The notes below the pieces were generated by a model. That model did no database searches. It saw only the letters and a list, made by a program, of their open reading frames with translations, and was not told the origin of the DNA. A program made the position numbers and the translations under genes. From a virus (lineage: Duplodnaviria; Caudoviricetes), in the IMG/VR virus record IMGVR_UViG_3300033519_000155, positions 22,925-86,924 of that record: 64,000 nt of DNA; one strand, written 5' to 3'. Shown here in pieces: positions 8,814-16,565 of the stretch (the stretch's first letter is position 1; every line of letters begins with the position of its first letter).

Positions 8814-9536
8814 TTATTTATTACCTCTTATTTCATTACACAGTTCATATACTTTTTCATTAAATTCCTCCTGTTTTGTTTTGCAGAGCAGATTATAATT
8901 TTTATTTTGTAGTAATTTTATATCTTCTTTTAGTTTTAAAATTTCTGCTAAAAAATTACTTTTTGCTTTTTCCTGTGCTTGAATATCTGCATCTTGAAGC
9001 TGACACTTTTTAATATAATCTTTTATTTGACAAACGTAACCCCTTATAACATCTTGATTTTCTGTGTTAATAGCGTTCCATTTATTTATTTCTTTGTTCT
9101 TTTCTTCTATCAGATATTCAAGATTTTTTATGTCTTTTTCATACATTTCTTTTAAAATAAGTCGCTCTTCATTTATTGCTTTTTCAATAGTTGGTCTTAC
9201 CTGATTGAGTAAGTGATTGTAAATACCATCAAAATCAATAGAGTCTGAAGAACTTTCTGGTTTATTTTCAACTTCAAAAGGTGTAGAACTATATGTAAAA
9301 AATGTTTTAAGTTTTGCAAAAGGGTTCATTAATCTAAATAAAAGTTTCTTTTTACATAAATTAAATAACAAACCTGTGAGTGCACTATAAGTAAATGTTT
9401 GTGGTGATTGCACCGAAGCATAATCATAAATAACATGACTCGTAATATTATTATCTTTATTGTTAATTTCAAGGTCTTTTACAAATTGAATTACTAATAC
9501 CTCTCGGTTAGTTAATGTGTTTTTCTTTACTCTCAT
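8814..9536 (-). CDS. Hypothetical protein (possible winged-helix N-terminus plus coiled coil)
   Basis: 240-aa ORF, heptad-rich C-half. Confidence 0.75.
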   Translation of the reverse strand: MRVKKNTLTNREVLVIQFVKDLEINNKDNNITSHVIYDYASVQSPQTFTYSALTGLLFNLCKKKLLFRLMNPFAKLKTFFTYSSTPFEVENKPESSSDSIDFDGIYNHLLNQVRPTIEKAINEERLILKEMYEKDIKNLEYLIEEKNKEINKWNAINTENQDVIRGYVCQIKDYIKKCQLQDADIQAQEKAKSNFLAEILKLKEDIKLLQNKNYNLLCKTKQEEFNEKVYELCNEIRGNK

Positions 9537-9558
9537 AATTAATACTTCCTTTCTTTTA

Positions 9559-10170
9559 TTACCATTTAGACCAGTCTAAAGGTATATCATTATTTATTAG
9601 TTCATTACCCCAGTAATGCCATCCATCTTCACGTCTTTCTCTTGCAAAAAGTTCTATTCGTGGAATATCTCCTAGAAGAGTTTCAATTCTACGTTTTAAT
9701 TCCTGTGGTTTTTCACTATGTCGAGAACGTGGTTCTATTATTAATTGTTTCACATCTTTTCTTAATCGTTCAAGAGTTTTCCCAACTTTTCCAAGAAGAA
9801 CATCTTGAAATTCTTCTTCCTCTTTTGCCCCCATTATTACATCTTCCTTATTCCCATTAGTGTAACTTCCGAGACCCGAATAAATACCAACACCTAATGG
9901 ATTAAGTTTTACCCAACAAAAAGGAGTTGTAACATACCTAAACCCCCAAGCTTCTAAAACTTCCATACTTTCTTTCTTCTTTGGCATTACCTCCCATAAG
10001 AATAAATAACAATCTTTTGCCATTATTTTATGCACCGGAATATTCTTTAATTCTTCTAACGACAAACAAGGATAAGTTTTTCCTCCGAGCTTCGGATTAT
10101 TACTTTTTGGATTATCATAAGTCCAAGCACAATCAGCAAGAATTACATTATATTTCATCATATCCTCCAA
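9559..10170 (-). CDS. MT-A70 family (N6-adenine) methyltransferase
   Basis: YNVILAD-x-x-W, LFLW, AWGFRY, HSEKP, RIELFAR; catalytic motif reads DCAW. Confidence 0.9.
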   Translation of the reverse strand: MEDMMKYNVILADCAWTYDNPKSNNPKLGGKTYPCLSLEELKNIPVHKIMAKDCYLFLWEVMPKKKESMEVLEAWGFRYVTTPFCWVKLNPLGVGIYSGLGSYTNGNKEDVIMGAKEEEEFQDVLLGKVGKTLERLRKDVKQLIIEPRSRHSEKPQELKRRIETLLGDIPRIELFARERREDGWHYWGNELINNDIPLDWSKW

Positions 10171-10172
10171 TT

Positions 10173-10197
10173 AAAAGAGGGGATTTTACTCCCCTCT
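10173..10197 (-). terminator. Rho-independent terminator after SSB
   Basis: AGAGGGGA/TCCCCTCT stem followed by T-run on minus strand. Confidence 0.8.
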
Positions 10198-10204
10198 GTG
10201 AATT

Positions 10205-10873
10205 TTAGAATTTTATATCTTCTTCATCTTGGTAATCATCAGTATCATCATTACCCATATCTGTTTTTGCAAGAGTTCTCATAACATCTTCTTTTCCCTT
10301 TGGTTTAAGAATTTTTTCATAATCAAATGGTGTAATATCCCCTTTAGTTGCTATAGCTTTAAGTTCCTGCTCGGTGTAACGTTTTACAAACTCAAAATCA
10401 TCACCTACACTGGAAGCATCAGAAGAACTTCTGGAAACATCAAAGCATACATAAACTAAACCATTCTCTTCTTTTTGTTTGTATTTCCTTGATTTCATTT
10501 TTAATTTGTTCCATGTTTTTTGCTTTGCAACAAAAAGCTTCTTTTCATTTGCATGTTTAACACCTTTTTTATCTGTCCATTCAGTCATATCAATTATGGT
10601 GTAAAAAGCAGCACTGTAAGGTCTGTCCCCCGCTTTACAATATCCACATTCATCTTTAGAGTCTATAGAAGCAGGGCAAGTATGCCAATTCTTCCAATCA
10701 CCATTAATCTTTAGTTGATGTTCCCCTATAATTGGAGGGTTATCATCAACAAATATAATCTTCGTAGTATTCCCTGAAGGTATCCAAAATCTATAAGCAG
10801 TATTTGACCTTCTGTCTTCCATCTCTTTGTCCTTTTTTTCTAATTCATCGTAACCTCTTTTTAACCAACTCAT
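10205..10873 (-). CDS. Single-stranded DNA-binding protein (gp32-like)
   Basis: RFWIP...EH...C...CGYC; acidic tail DDYQDEEDIKF; lies between primase and polymerase. Confidence 0.75.
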   Translation of the reverse strand: MSWLKRGYDELEKKDKEMEDRRSNTAYRFWIPSGNTTKIIFVDDNPPIIGEHQLKINGDWKNWHTCPASIDSKDECGYCKAGDRPYSAAFYTIIDMTEWTDKKGVKHANEKKLFVAKQKTWNKLKMKSRKYKQKEENGLVYVCFDVSRSSSDASSVGDDFEFVKRYTEQELKAIATKGDITPFDYEKILKPKGKEDVMRTLAKTDMGNDDTDDYQDEEDIKF

Positions 10874-11916
10874 AATAAAATCTCTCCTTTAATATTTAAT
10901 AATTTTTCTAAATCATAATTTAGACTGTCTTTTCGTTCATTTAATAACTTTAGAAAATCCCCCGATTTTACTACATTATCTAAATCTTTCCCTTCAGGAA
11001 GTTGTATTAAAGAAACAGAGAGAAAATTTTCTAATCTTTCCTTTAACTTATATTGTCCTACTCTACCTGCCATGTCTCCATCTAAACAGGCAACCACCTC
11101 CTCAGAAATTGTTTTTATCTTTTCAATTTGTTTATCACTCGGTTTACTTCCCATAAGACCCACCACTAAATAATCATTTAATCCAGCTTGTTTTAATGCA
11201 ATATTCCCATTTACTACATCAATATGACCCTCTGTAATAATTACTTTTTTAATATCTTTATTAAATAAGTGTTCCCCATAAAGATAATGAGACTTATTTG
11301 CTTCTGCTGGAATATGTTTATATTTAGGTTCATCATACTCCTCCCAATTATTTCCTATCCATCTACCCGAAACCATACATAATTCTTTTCGAGTATCATA
11401 TATAGGAAATATTAGTCTTTCATCAGTAATACCTACATTAAAAACTTTTAAATCCTCAATTGAACCTATAAAACGGTCATAAATTTTCTTACTTTCTTCT
11501 GTGTAATTTCCAAAAATGTCAAAATAACGTTCGGGTATCTCATATTTTTTTATTGAAAATTTTAATCTTTCTCTTTCATTACAATCTACTTCTGCTTCAG
11601 CAATCTGAATAAAATCTAAAATTACTTCTAATTTTTCTTTTGACATTTGTCCTGATTTTACTGCCATGTAACCATAGGTTTTTACGTAACCATAAAAAGT
11701 ATCTCCTCCGCAGGTAAAACAATTAATTGGACTTAACCCACTGGTATTAATCTTTACACCGCAAGAAGGTTTGTGGTCATTACCACCTTCATGAGTCCAT
11801 TGAGCTTGAATACAGGAAAACATAATATTTTCTCTATCAATTTGTCTTACATTTTGGGCATGAAGTTCTCTAAGTATGTATTGAATATCCAAGCTGTTCA
11901 TACATTTATAACCCAA
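10870..11916 (-). CDS. dnaG: DNA primase
   Basis: N-terminal Zn motif (C...H...CFTC); TOPRIM ITEGHID and CLDGDMAG. Confidence 0.92.
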   Translation of the reverse strand: MGYKCMNSLDIQYILRELHAQNVRQIDRENIMFSCIQAQWTHEGGNDHKPSCGVKINTSGLSPINCFTCGGDTFYGYVKTYGYMAVKSGQMSKEKLEVILDFIQIAEAEVDCNERERLKFSIKKYEIPERYFDIFGNYTEESKKIYDRFIGSIEDLKVFNVGITDERLIFPIYDTRKELCMVSGRWIGNNWEEYDEPKYKHIPAEANKSHYLYGEHLFNKDIKKVIITEGHIDVVNGNIALKQAGLNDYLVVGLMGSKPSDKQIEKIKTISEEVVACLDGDMAGRVGQYKLKERLENFLSVSLIQLPEGKDLDNVVKSGDFLKLLNERKDSLNYDLEKLLNIKGEILL

Positions 11917-13121
11917 TCATCTTCTACAAGGTCTTCTTTAACTTCATTAAACTTCATAGTAGTAAAATCAAAGTTAATAAAGAAATTAGGTGTTCCTCCT
12001 TCCCTGTTTTTTAATGTAAGTATCTTTCTTTCGTGCCTGTCAAGGTCTTCTCTTTTAGCATCTACACCTAAAACAACATCACTATCCTGCCCTACAGCAT
12101 CAGTCAAATTGATATTATCAAGTCCGGGAGAGTCCTGCTTTTCCGATGAACGATTAAACTGCCATACGGCAAACACTGGAATATTTAATCTCATAGCAAC
12201 AGAACTCTTTAATGCTCTACTAATATTTGTTGCTCTTTCCCATATGTTTTTTCCTTTTAGCTCGTCAACCATTAAATATGCACCATCAATAAAAACTACA
12301 TCAGGAGAATACTGTTTTATTTTTCCTATTAGAGCAGAAATAGTTCTTGCTGTTGTAATTTTAATTTGATTATCCGCACCTGCTAATTTATCTAGTCCTT
12401 CATAATAACGTGTTTTTTCTGATGGGGTTAACATACCTTTTTTAAAATTTGTATAAGGAAGATTAAACATAAGAGCATCTAAACGCTGTTGAAATAATTT
12501 AACGGGCATTTCCTGTGAAGAAATTAACACGTTTAGTCCATAGGAAAAACAATGTGTAGCAAACTTACAGAGAATAAAGGATTTTCCTATGGAAGGTCGA
12601 GCAACAATTGACCAAACTTCTCCAGCATGAATACCAAGAGTTTCATCTGTTAAAGCTTGATAAGGAGTTGTATATCCAGTGATTGCCCCTGCATTTTCAT
12701 AATTTTCTTTTCTTTTGCGAATATTCGTAAAGTCTAAATCCTCCTCCACTAATTCATCAGTATTAATTGACGTAACCTGACTCTTTAATTGTTCTAAAGT
12801 AGAAAGAGGATTAGAAGTTAAATTCTTCGCTGCTTCTAAAATAGAATTCTTTAAATATACTCTTGTGGAATTCTCTTTAAGCTTGTCCACATAAAACTTT
12901 AAAGGTTCTTTCACTACATCAAGTTTTATTGTAGGAAATGTTGACTCAAAGAGTTCAATGGAAGGAATTTCATCATATCTATAATGATGATTAACAATAA
13001 ATTCATAAGCTTTACGATATTCGGAGGAAAAGAAATCTTTAGAAGAGACCTGTGCTTGTTGACATGGAGATAAATTTGAAGTGAATAGTATTTTGCCGAT
13101 TACACAATTCTCAGTGTTCAT
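11898..13121 (-). CDS. dnaB: DnaB-like replicative helicase
   Basis: Walker A ARPSIGKS, SQEM, VFIDGAY, QFNR, QDSDVV, KNREG. Confidence 0.95.
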   Translation of the reverse strand: MNTENCVIGKILFTSNLSPCQQAQVSSKDFFSSEYRKAYEFIVNHHYRYDEIPSIELFESTFPTIKLDVVKEPLKFYVDKLKENSTRVYLKNSILEAAKNLTSNPLSTLEQLKSQVTSINTDELVEEDLDFTNIRKRKENYENAGAITGYTTPYQALTDETLGIHAGEVWSIVARPSIGKSFILCKFATHCFSYGLNVLISSQEMPVKLFQQRLDALMFNLPYTNFKKGMLTPSEKTRYYEGLDKLAGADNQIKITTARTISALIGKIKQYSPDVVFIDGAYLMVDELKGKNIWERATNISRALKSSVAMRLNIPVFAVWQFNRSSEKQDSPGLDNINLTDAVGQDSDVVLGVDAKREDLDRHERKILTLKNREGGTPNFFINFDFTTMKFNEVKEDLVEDDWVINV

Positions 13122-13162
13122 GATTATCCTCCTTTTGTTAGTCCGTATTAGACTATGGTAAG

Positions 13163-13191
13163 ATTATATAATAACATTTTTAAATTGTCAA
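13163..13191 (-). promoter_or_regulatory. sigma70-type promoter for helicase/primase/SSB
   Basis: TTGACA-17-TATAAT. Confidence 0.88.
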
Positions 13192-13196
13192 GAGGT

Positions 13197-13793
13197 CTAT
13201 ATAAATAATTTTTTCATATTATCACTATTTAAAGTTTTCCAGTGTTCTCCAGTTATTTCCATAGGAAAACAACATTTACTAATCGTATCTGCTACTTCCT
13301 GATTAAAAGCAATCTTAATATCTTTTGGCATTAATTTCGATACAATAATAGTAGGACACAAATGAGCTTTTCTTTTTTCTATAAGGTCTTTTATTTGCCA
13401 CTTTAAATATTCAGAAATCATTCCTTCCCCAAAATTATCTAATACCAAATAATGAGAAGTAAAAATCTTAGTAATAATACTATCCCCATAATCATCTCGT
13501 GTTTTGTCTATTAGATATTTTTGAATGTCTGATGTAAAAGCATAATAAACACTTCTTCTTTTATAAAGAGCATTTTTTAAGACTAAAACACCTAAAGAAC
13601 TTTTCCCCGATAAATTATTTCTACTCCATAAATAAAGTCCATAACCTCCACTTTCTGCTTCTCCATAATTTTTTAAGTATTTTAAAAATTGTTCCTTATA
13701 AGGTTCATCTGCAATACAAGCAAACTCCACAGATTTTAAATTTTGTGGAACACCTGCACTCTCTAAAAGATTAAAAAGAATTTGCTGGTTCAT
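13197..13793 (-). CDS. DnaC/IstB-like AAA+ helicase loader
   Basis: Walker A ...LSGKSS, Walker B LVLDNFG, PTIIVS; adjacent to dnaB. Confidence 0.8.
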   Translation of the reverse strand: MNQQILFNLLESAGVPQNLKSVEFACIADEPYKEQFLKYLKNYGEAESGGYGLYLWSRNNLSGKSSLGVLVLKNALYKRRSVYYAFTSDIQKYLIDKTRDDYGDSIITKIFTSHYLVLDNFGEGMISEYLKWQIKDLIEKRKAHLCPTIIVSKLMPKDIKIAFNQEVADTISKCCFPMEITGEHWKTLNSDNMKKLFI

Positions 13794-14073
13794 CTATATC
13801 TACCCCCTGAATTCTTGAAAATATAGTTGCTTCAAATCCTATGAAAATGTCTAAATTTGGATATTTCGCTGAAATTTTGAGAGAATTCTTCAAAATATCC
13901 CATTTACTAATGAAAAATTCAATTGCTTTTACTACTAAATCATACCCATAATGCTTCTCTAAAAGCTTTAAATTTTTTAAATGTTTCATTTCTGTTCTTG
14001 GAGGAATTATTCCCCAAGTTTTTACATATAATGTAGTAAATGTCCTTCCAAGCATCTTACAATCTTTTCCCAT
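13771..14073 (-). CDS. Small replication-associated protein (possible initiator)
   Basis: Start at 14073 preferred (AAGGAGG SD); first gene of the replication operon, precedes the loader. Confidence 0.6.
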   Translation of the reverse strand: MGKDCKMLGRTFTTLYVKTWGIIPPRTEMKHLKNLKLLEKHYGYDLVVKAIEFFISKWDILKNSLKISAKYPNLDIFIGFEATIFSRIQGVDIDEPANSF

Positions 14074-14102
14074 AAAAACCCTCCTTCTCAAAATGTATTT
14101 AC

Positions 14103-14131
14103 ATAATATCATAGTTAAATTGATATGTCAA
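14103..14131 (-). promoter_or_regulatory. Leftward promoter of the replication operon
   Basis: TTGACA-17-TATTAT with TGn. Confidence 0.85.
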
Positions 14132-14171
14132 ACATCAAAAAACCTTATAATCACAAGGAAATAAATTTATG

Positions 14172-14199
14172 TTGACAAACCATAAATTTTAGGTATAAT
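14172..14199 (+). promoter_or_regulatory. Rightward promoter P1
   Basis: TTGACA-16-TATAAT. Confidence 0.8.
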
Positions 14200-14243
14200 C
14201 TAAGTATTGTTATTTTTTGATTATTTAACAAAGCTACTTTCGC

Positions 14244-14267
14244 AGGGGACTGGCAATCCCTTTTTTT
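14244..14267 (+). terminator. Terminator of P1 mini-transcript
   Basis: GGGA-CTGGCAA-TCCC followed by T7. Confidence 0.6.
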
Positions 14268-14277
14268 ATTTGTGGAC

Positions 14278-14305
14278 TTGACTGTTAAAAAATTCTTGTT
14301 ATACT
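14278..14305 (+). promoter_or_regulatory. Rightward promoter P2
   Basis: TTGACT-16-TATACT with TGn. Confidence 0.7.
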
Positions 14306-14342
14306 GAGTATAGTTTAAAGTATCCTTTTTATTCATTTAATA

Positions 14343-14376
14343 AAATAACCCCTTATTCGAGGGGTTATTTATTTTC
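14343..14376. terminator. Bidirectional terminator of P2 mini-transcript
   Basis: 11-bp stem AAATAACCCCT/AGGGGTTATTT, loop TATTCG. Confidence 0.8.
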
Positions 14377-14384
14377 TATTAAAT

Positions 14385-14413
14385 TTGACAAACCTAAAAT
14401 AATATTATATAAT
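14385..14413 (+). promoter_or_regulatory. Promoter P3 driving the tRNA-like array
   Basis: TTGACA-17-TATAAT, 13 nt before the first tRNA-like element. Confidence 0.9.
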
Positions 14414-14426
14414 GTAACTAGATTAT

Positions 14427-14570
14427 TGAGGGGTAGCTTCAACTGGTAAAGCGACTTAGTAATGTTTTTATAACTCGTAAGAAAAATTTACTTTTTCTTA
14501 CTCTAACAGTAAGAACATACATGCATTGTTAAAGCAGTAGTTGTGGGTTCAACTCCCACCCCCTCAACCA
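14427..14570 (+). ncRNA. tRNA-like RNA A (Asn GTT-like) with ~66-nt insertion in the anticodon arm
   Basis: Acceptor TGAGGGG/CCCCTCA+A+CCA; D stem GCTT/AAGC; T arm GTGGG-TTCAACT-CCCAC; 144 nt. Confidence 0.8.
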
Positions 14571-14617
14571 TTCTCATAGGAGTAAAAAATCTTGCAAGTG
14601 ACTTCTATTGAGAAAGA

Positions 14618-14706
14618 AGTGCTGTTTCTGGAAATTATCTATGACGATAGATAATGAGAGCTTATCGTTTTGGTAAGTTAAGGGTTCAATTCCCTTCAGC
14701 ACGTCA
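14618..14706 (+). ncRNA. tRNA-like RNA B with hairpin inserted in the D loop
   Basis: GTGCTG/CAGCAC acceptor; T arm AAGGG-TTCAATT-CCCTT; TTATCTAT-GACG-ATAGATAA insert; non-canonical anticodon arm. Confidence 0.65.
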
Positions 14707-14730
14707 GACTAAAAGGAGATTTAACAACAC

Positions 14731-14793
14731 ATGAAAACTCCTAATCAATGCCACGTATATGAGCGTATGCGTGGTATTTTAGTCGGAGAATAA
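14731..14793 (+). CDS. 20-aa micro-ORF (MKTPNQCHVYERMRGILVGE) in a three-way-junction RNA
   Basis: AAGGAG SD 12 nt upstream, paired with CTCC in codons 3-4; closing stem GACTAAAA/TTTTAGTC. Confidence 0.4.
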   Translation: MKTPNQCHVYERMRGILVGE

Positions 14794-14826
14794 CACCTTA
14801 TGGTGAAAGAAACTTCGGCAAAATAA

Positions 14827-14892
14827 GTAAGGTTGTTCAGGTGAAACACATCTTCCGGTGATGATTGAGGTTCGAGTCCTCACAACTCTTAC
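14827..14892 (+). ncRNA. Truncated tRNA-like RNA D (CCG anticodon-like loop)
   Basis: T arm TGAGG-TTCGAGT-CCTCA; CATC-TTCCGGT-GATG arm; bulged acceptor; minimal D arm. Confidence 0.6.
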
Positions 14893-14895
14893 AGT

Positions 14896-14993
14896 GGCAG
14901 GGTAGTTTAACTTGCAAAAAACACTAAGGTGTTGGGTCTGTTGACGAATAGATTTCAACCTTACTGAATTAGGTAAAAATCCTAACCCTGTCG
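14896..14993 (+). ncRNA. tRNA-like RNA E, anticodon arm replaced by a long GACG-capped hairpin
   Basis: Acceptor GGCAGGG/CCCTGTC; U8A9; D stem GTTT/AAAC; T arm TTAGG-TAAAAAT-CCTAA. Confidence 0.7.
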
Positions 14994-14999
14994 CAGCAT

Positions 15000-15072
15000 A
15001 GAGGAGTTGCCAAGCGGTTAAGGCACTGGTTTTTGATACCAGTATGCGAGAGTTCAAATCTCTCCTCCTCTT
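15000..15072 (+). tRNA. tRNA-Gln(TTG), CCA not encoded
   Basis: Canonical cloverleaf: AGAGGAG/CTCCTCT; GCC-AAGCGGTTAA-GGC; CTGGT-TTTTGAT-ACCAG; GAGAG-TTCAAAT-CTCTC. Confidence 0.93.
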
Positions 15073-15115
15073 TTATTTCGGTAATTTACGCTCTATATAC
15101 GAAGAATTAAGTTGC

Positions 15116-15146
15116 AATCTCGGACTACCCTCCGAGATTTTTTATT
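15116..15146 (+). terminator. Terminator of the tRNA array
   Basis: AATCTCGGA/TCCGAGATT stem plus T-run. Confidence 0.85.
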
Positions 15147-15157
15147 TTATTTAACTC

Positions 15158-15186
15158 TTGACAAGGCAAAAAACATATGATATTAT
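15158..15186 (+). promoter_or_regulatory. Promoter of the plus-strand small-gene operon
   Basis: TTGACA-17-TATTAT with TGn. Confidence 0.88.
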
Positions 15187-15217
15187 GTAAGAAAATAAGA
15201 TAGAGAGGAAAATAAAA

Positions 15218-15412
15218 ATGACTAAAAAAGAACTCTTAGAAAAAATTGAAAGTTATAACTTTAATCAGGCAATACCTTATCATAAGCTAATAGTATCTGA
15301 AATACCTGATGAAGAACCTATTAAATTTGACTATTACGAAATGCGTGAATATATGGAAAACAAATTATTAGAAGCTCTTATGGAAATAGATGATATTATC
15401 TATGAGAGTTAG
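15218..15412 (+). CDS. Hypothetical protein
   Basis: ORF track; GAGG SD. Confidence 0.8.
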   Translation: MTKKELLEKIESYNFNQAIPYHKLIVSEIPDEEPIKFDYYEMREYMENKLLEALMEIDDIIYES

Positions 15413-15424
15413 TAGGAGGATAAA

Positions 15425-15547
15425 ATGAATTTTTTAACCGTATTAGCAACCATTATAACAAGTCCCCTATTTATTATAGGAATGTCAGGATTAGTCTTTA
15501 CCTGTATTGTAGAATACAAACCAAAAAAGAGGAGGAATATAAAATGA
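15425..15547 (+). CDS. 40-aa single-pass membrane peptide
   Basis: Hand-translated MNFLTVLATIITSPLFIIGMSGLVFTCIVEYKPKKRRNIK; AGGAGG SD; ATGA overlap. Confidence 0.75.
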   Translation: MNFLTVLATIITSPLFIIGMSGLVFTCIVEYKPKKRRNIK

Positions 15548-16062
15548 CCAGTATAAACAATGAACATGGTGAACCCATAGGAAATATTTTAGACAAAGAT
15601 GTATTAAACTGCTTAAATGACATGAGTGAGGAAATGGTAAATTTCACAAGCTATTTTGTCCCGCAAGAAAAACAAGAAGAAGCAATAAGAAACTGGAATA
15701 TCATTTTAGGTAAGAATTTTGACGTGTATTTTCAGTGGAAAAACAGAGCAAAAAGACATAATAAGCAAGAGAAAAAAGAAATACCTATATCTGATAAAGA
15801 CCTAATAACAGATACTATTAGAGACCTCTATGAGTTTCGTGATGAAAAGACAAAAGAGCTGGATAGAATTAACCAGCAAATCAATGAAAAATTCTCTGAA
15901 GCAGTAAGAAACTTTCCAATCGGTATGCAATGTTATGATGCTGACGGTGATATTTTTGAGGCAGTTGGGTATCAAATAAAACCTGAACCCTCAATAATTG
16001 GACTCTACAGAAATTCAGACAAAGCAGTTCCAGTATGTATTCTTGACATACATATAATATAA
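15544..16062 (+). CDS. Hypothetical protein
   Basis: ORF track; GAGGAGG SD. Confidence 0.8.
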   Translation: MTSINNEHGEPIGNILDKDVLNCLNDMSEEMVNFTSYFVPQEKQEEAIRNWNIILGKNFDVYFQWKNRAKRHNKQEKKEIPISDKDLITDTIRDLYEFRDEKTKELDRINQQINEKFSEAVRNFPIGMQCYDADGDIFEAVGYQIKPEPSIIGLYRNSDKAVPVCILDIHII

Positions 16063-16112
16063 AGACCTGAGTTGAATATTAATTAAGATTAAAATTTAAG
16101 GAGGAAAATGAA

Positions 16113-16565
16113 ATGACAAACTGTAGTAAATGCAAAAAAGAAATATTTGAAAACTTAATTGACCCTTTAACAGGTGAATGTATTAACTGTGTGTATGAAG
16201 AAACAGAGTATGAAACAATGGAAGAAGCACTATTAAGCGTAAGGGTGTTTGGAAAAATACAAGATGCCTGTAGTAACTGTAAAAAAGATGCCTTGCAAGT
16301 AATAAAAGAATTCCTTATCCACAGAGATGTAGAAAGAATAGCAGAAGGAAAAGGAACAAAATTAGGTGTAACTTTCCAATGGGAAACTGCTGAAGGAACA
16401 ATGATGGATTATGAAGTAATCATAGGTTATTCTAAAACCGGGTATGGGGTCTGTGGAACATATCTGGATGTCAGAAGAATTAAAGGAGAAACCCGATTTC
16501 ATATGTATGTAGAACCTTTACTTGCTAAAAATATAATAGTAAGGAGGAAAACTAATGAACTGTGA
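16113..16565 (+). CDS. Hypothetical protein with N-terminal double-CxxC finger
   Basis: CSKCKKE...TGECINC; AGGAGG SD. Confidence 0.8.
   Translation: MTNCSKCKKEIFENLIDPLTGECINCVYEETEYETMEEALLSVRVFGKIQDACSNCKKDALQVIKEFLIHRDVERIAEGKGTKLGVTFQWETAEGTMMDYEVIIGYSKTGYGVCGTYLDVRRIKGETRFHMYVEPLLAKNIIVRRKTNEL

Noticed and set aside
14707-14793. Self-cleaving ribozyme or tmRNA
   Set aside because: No CTGANGA/GAAA hammerhead core, and no tmRNA-type alanine acceptor enclosing a tag frame.
14151-15057. Minus-strand ORFs 14151-14336 and 14779-15057
   Set aside because: They overlap consensus promoters, terminators and tRNA-like genes on the opposite strand.
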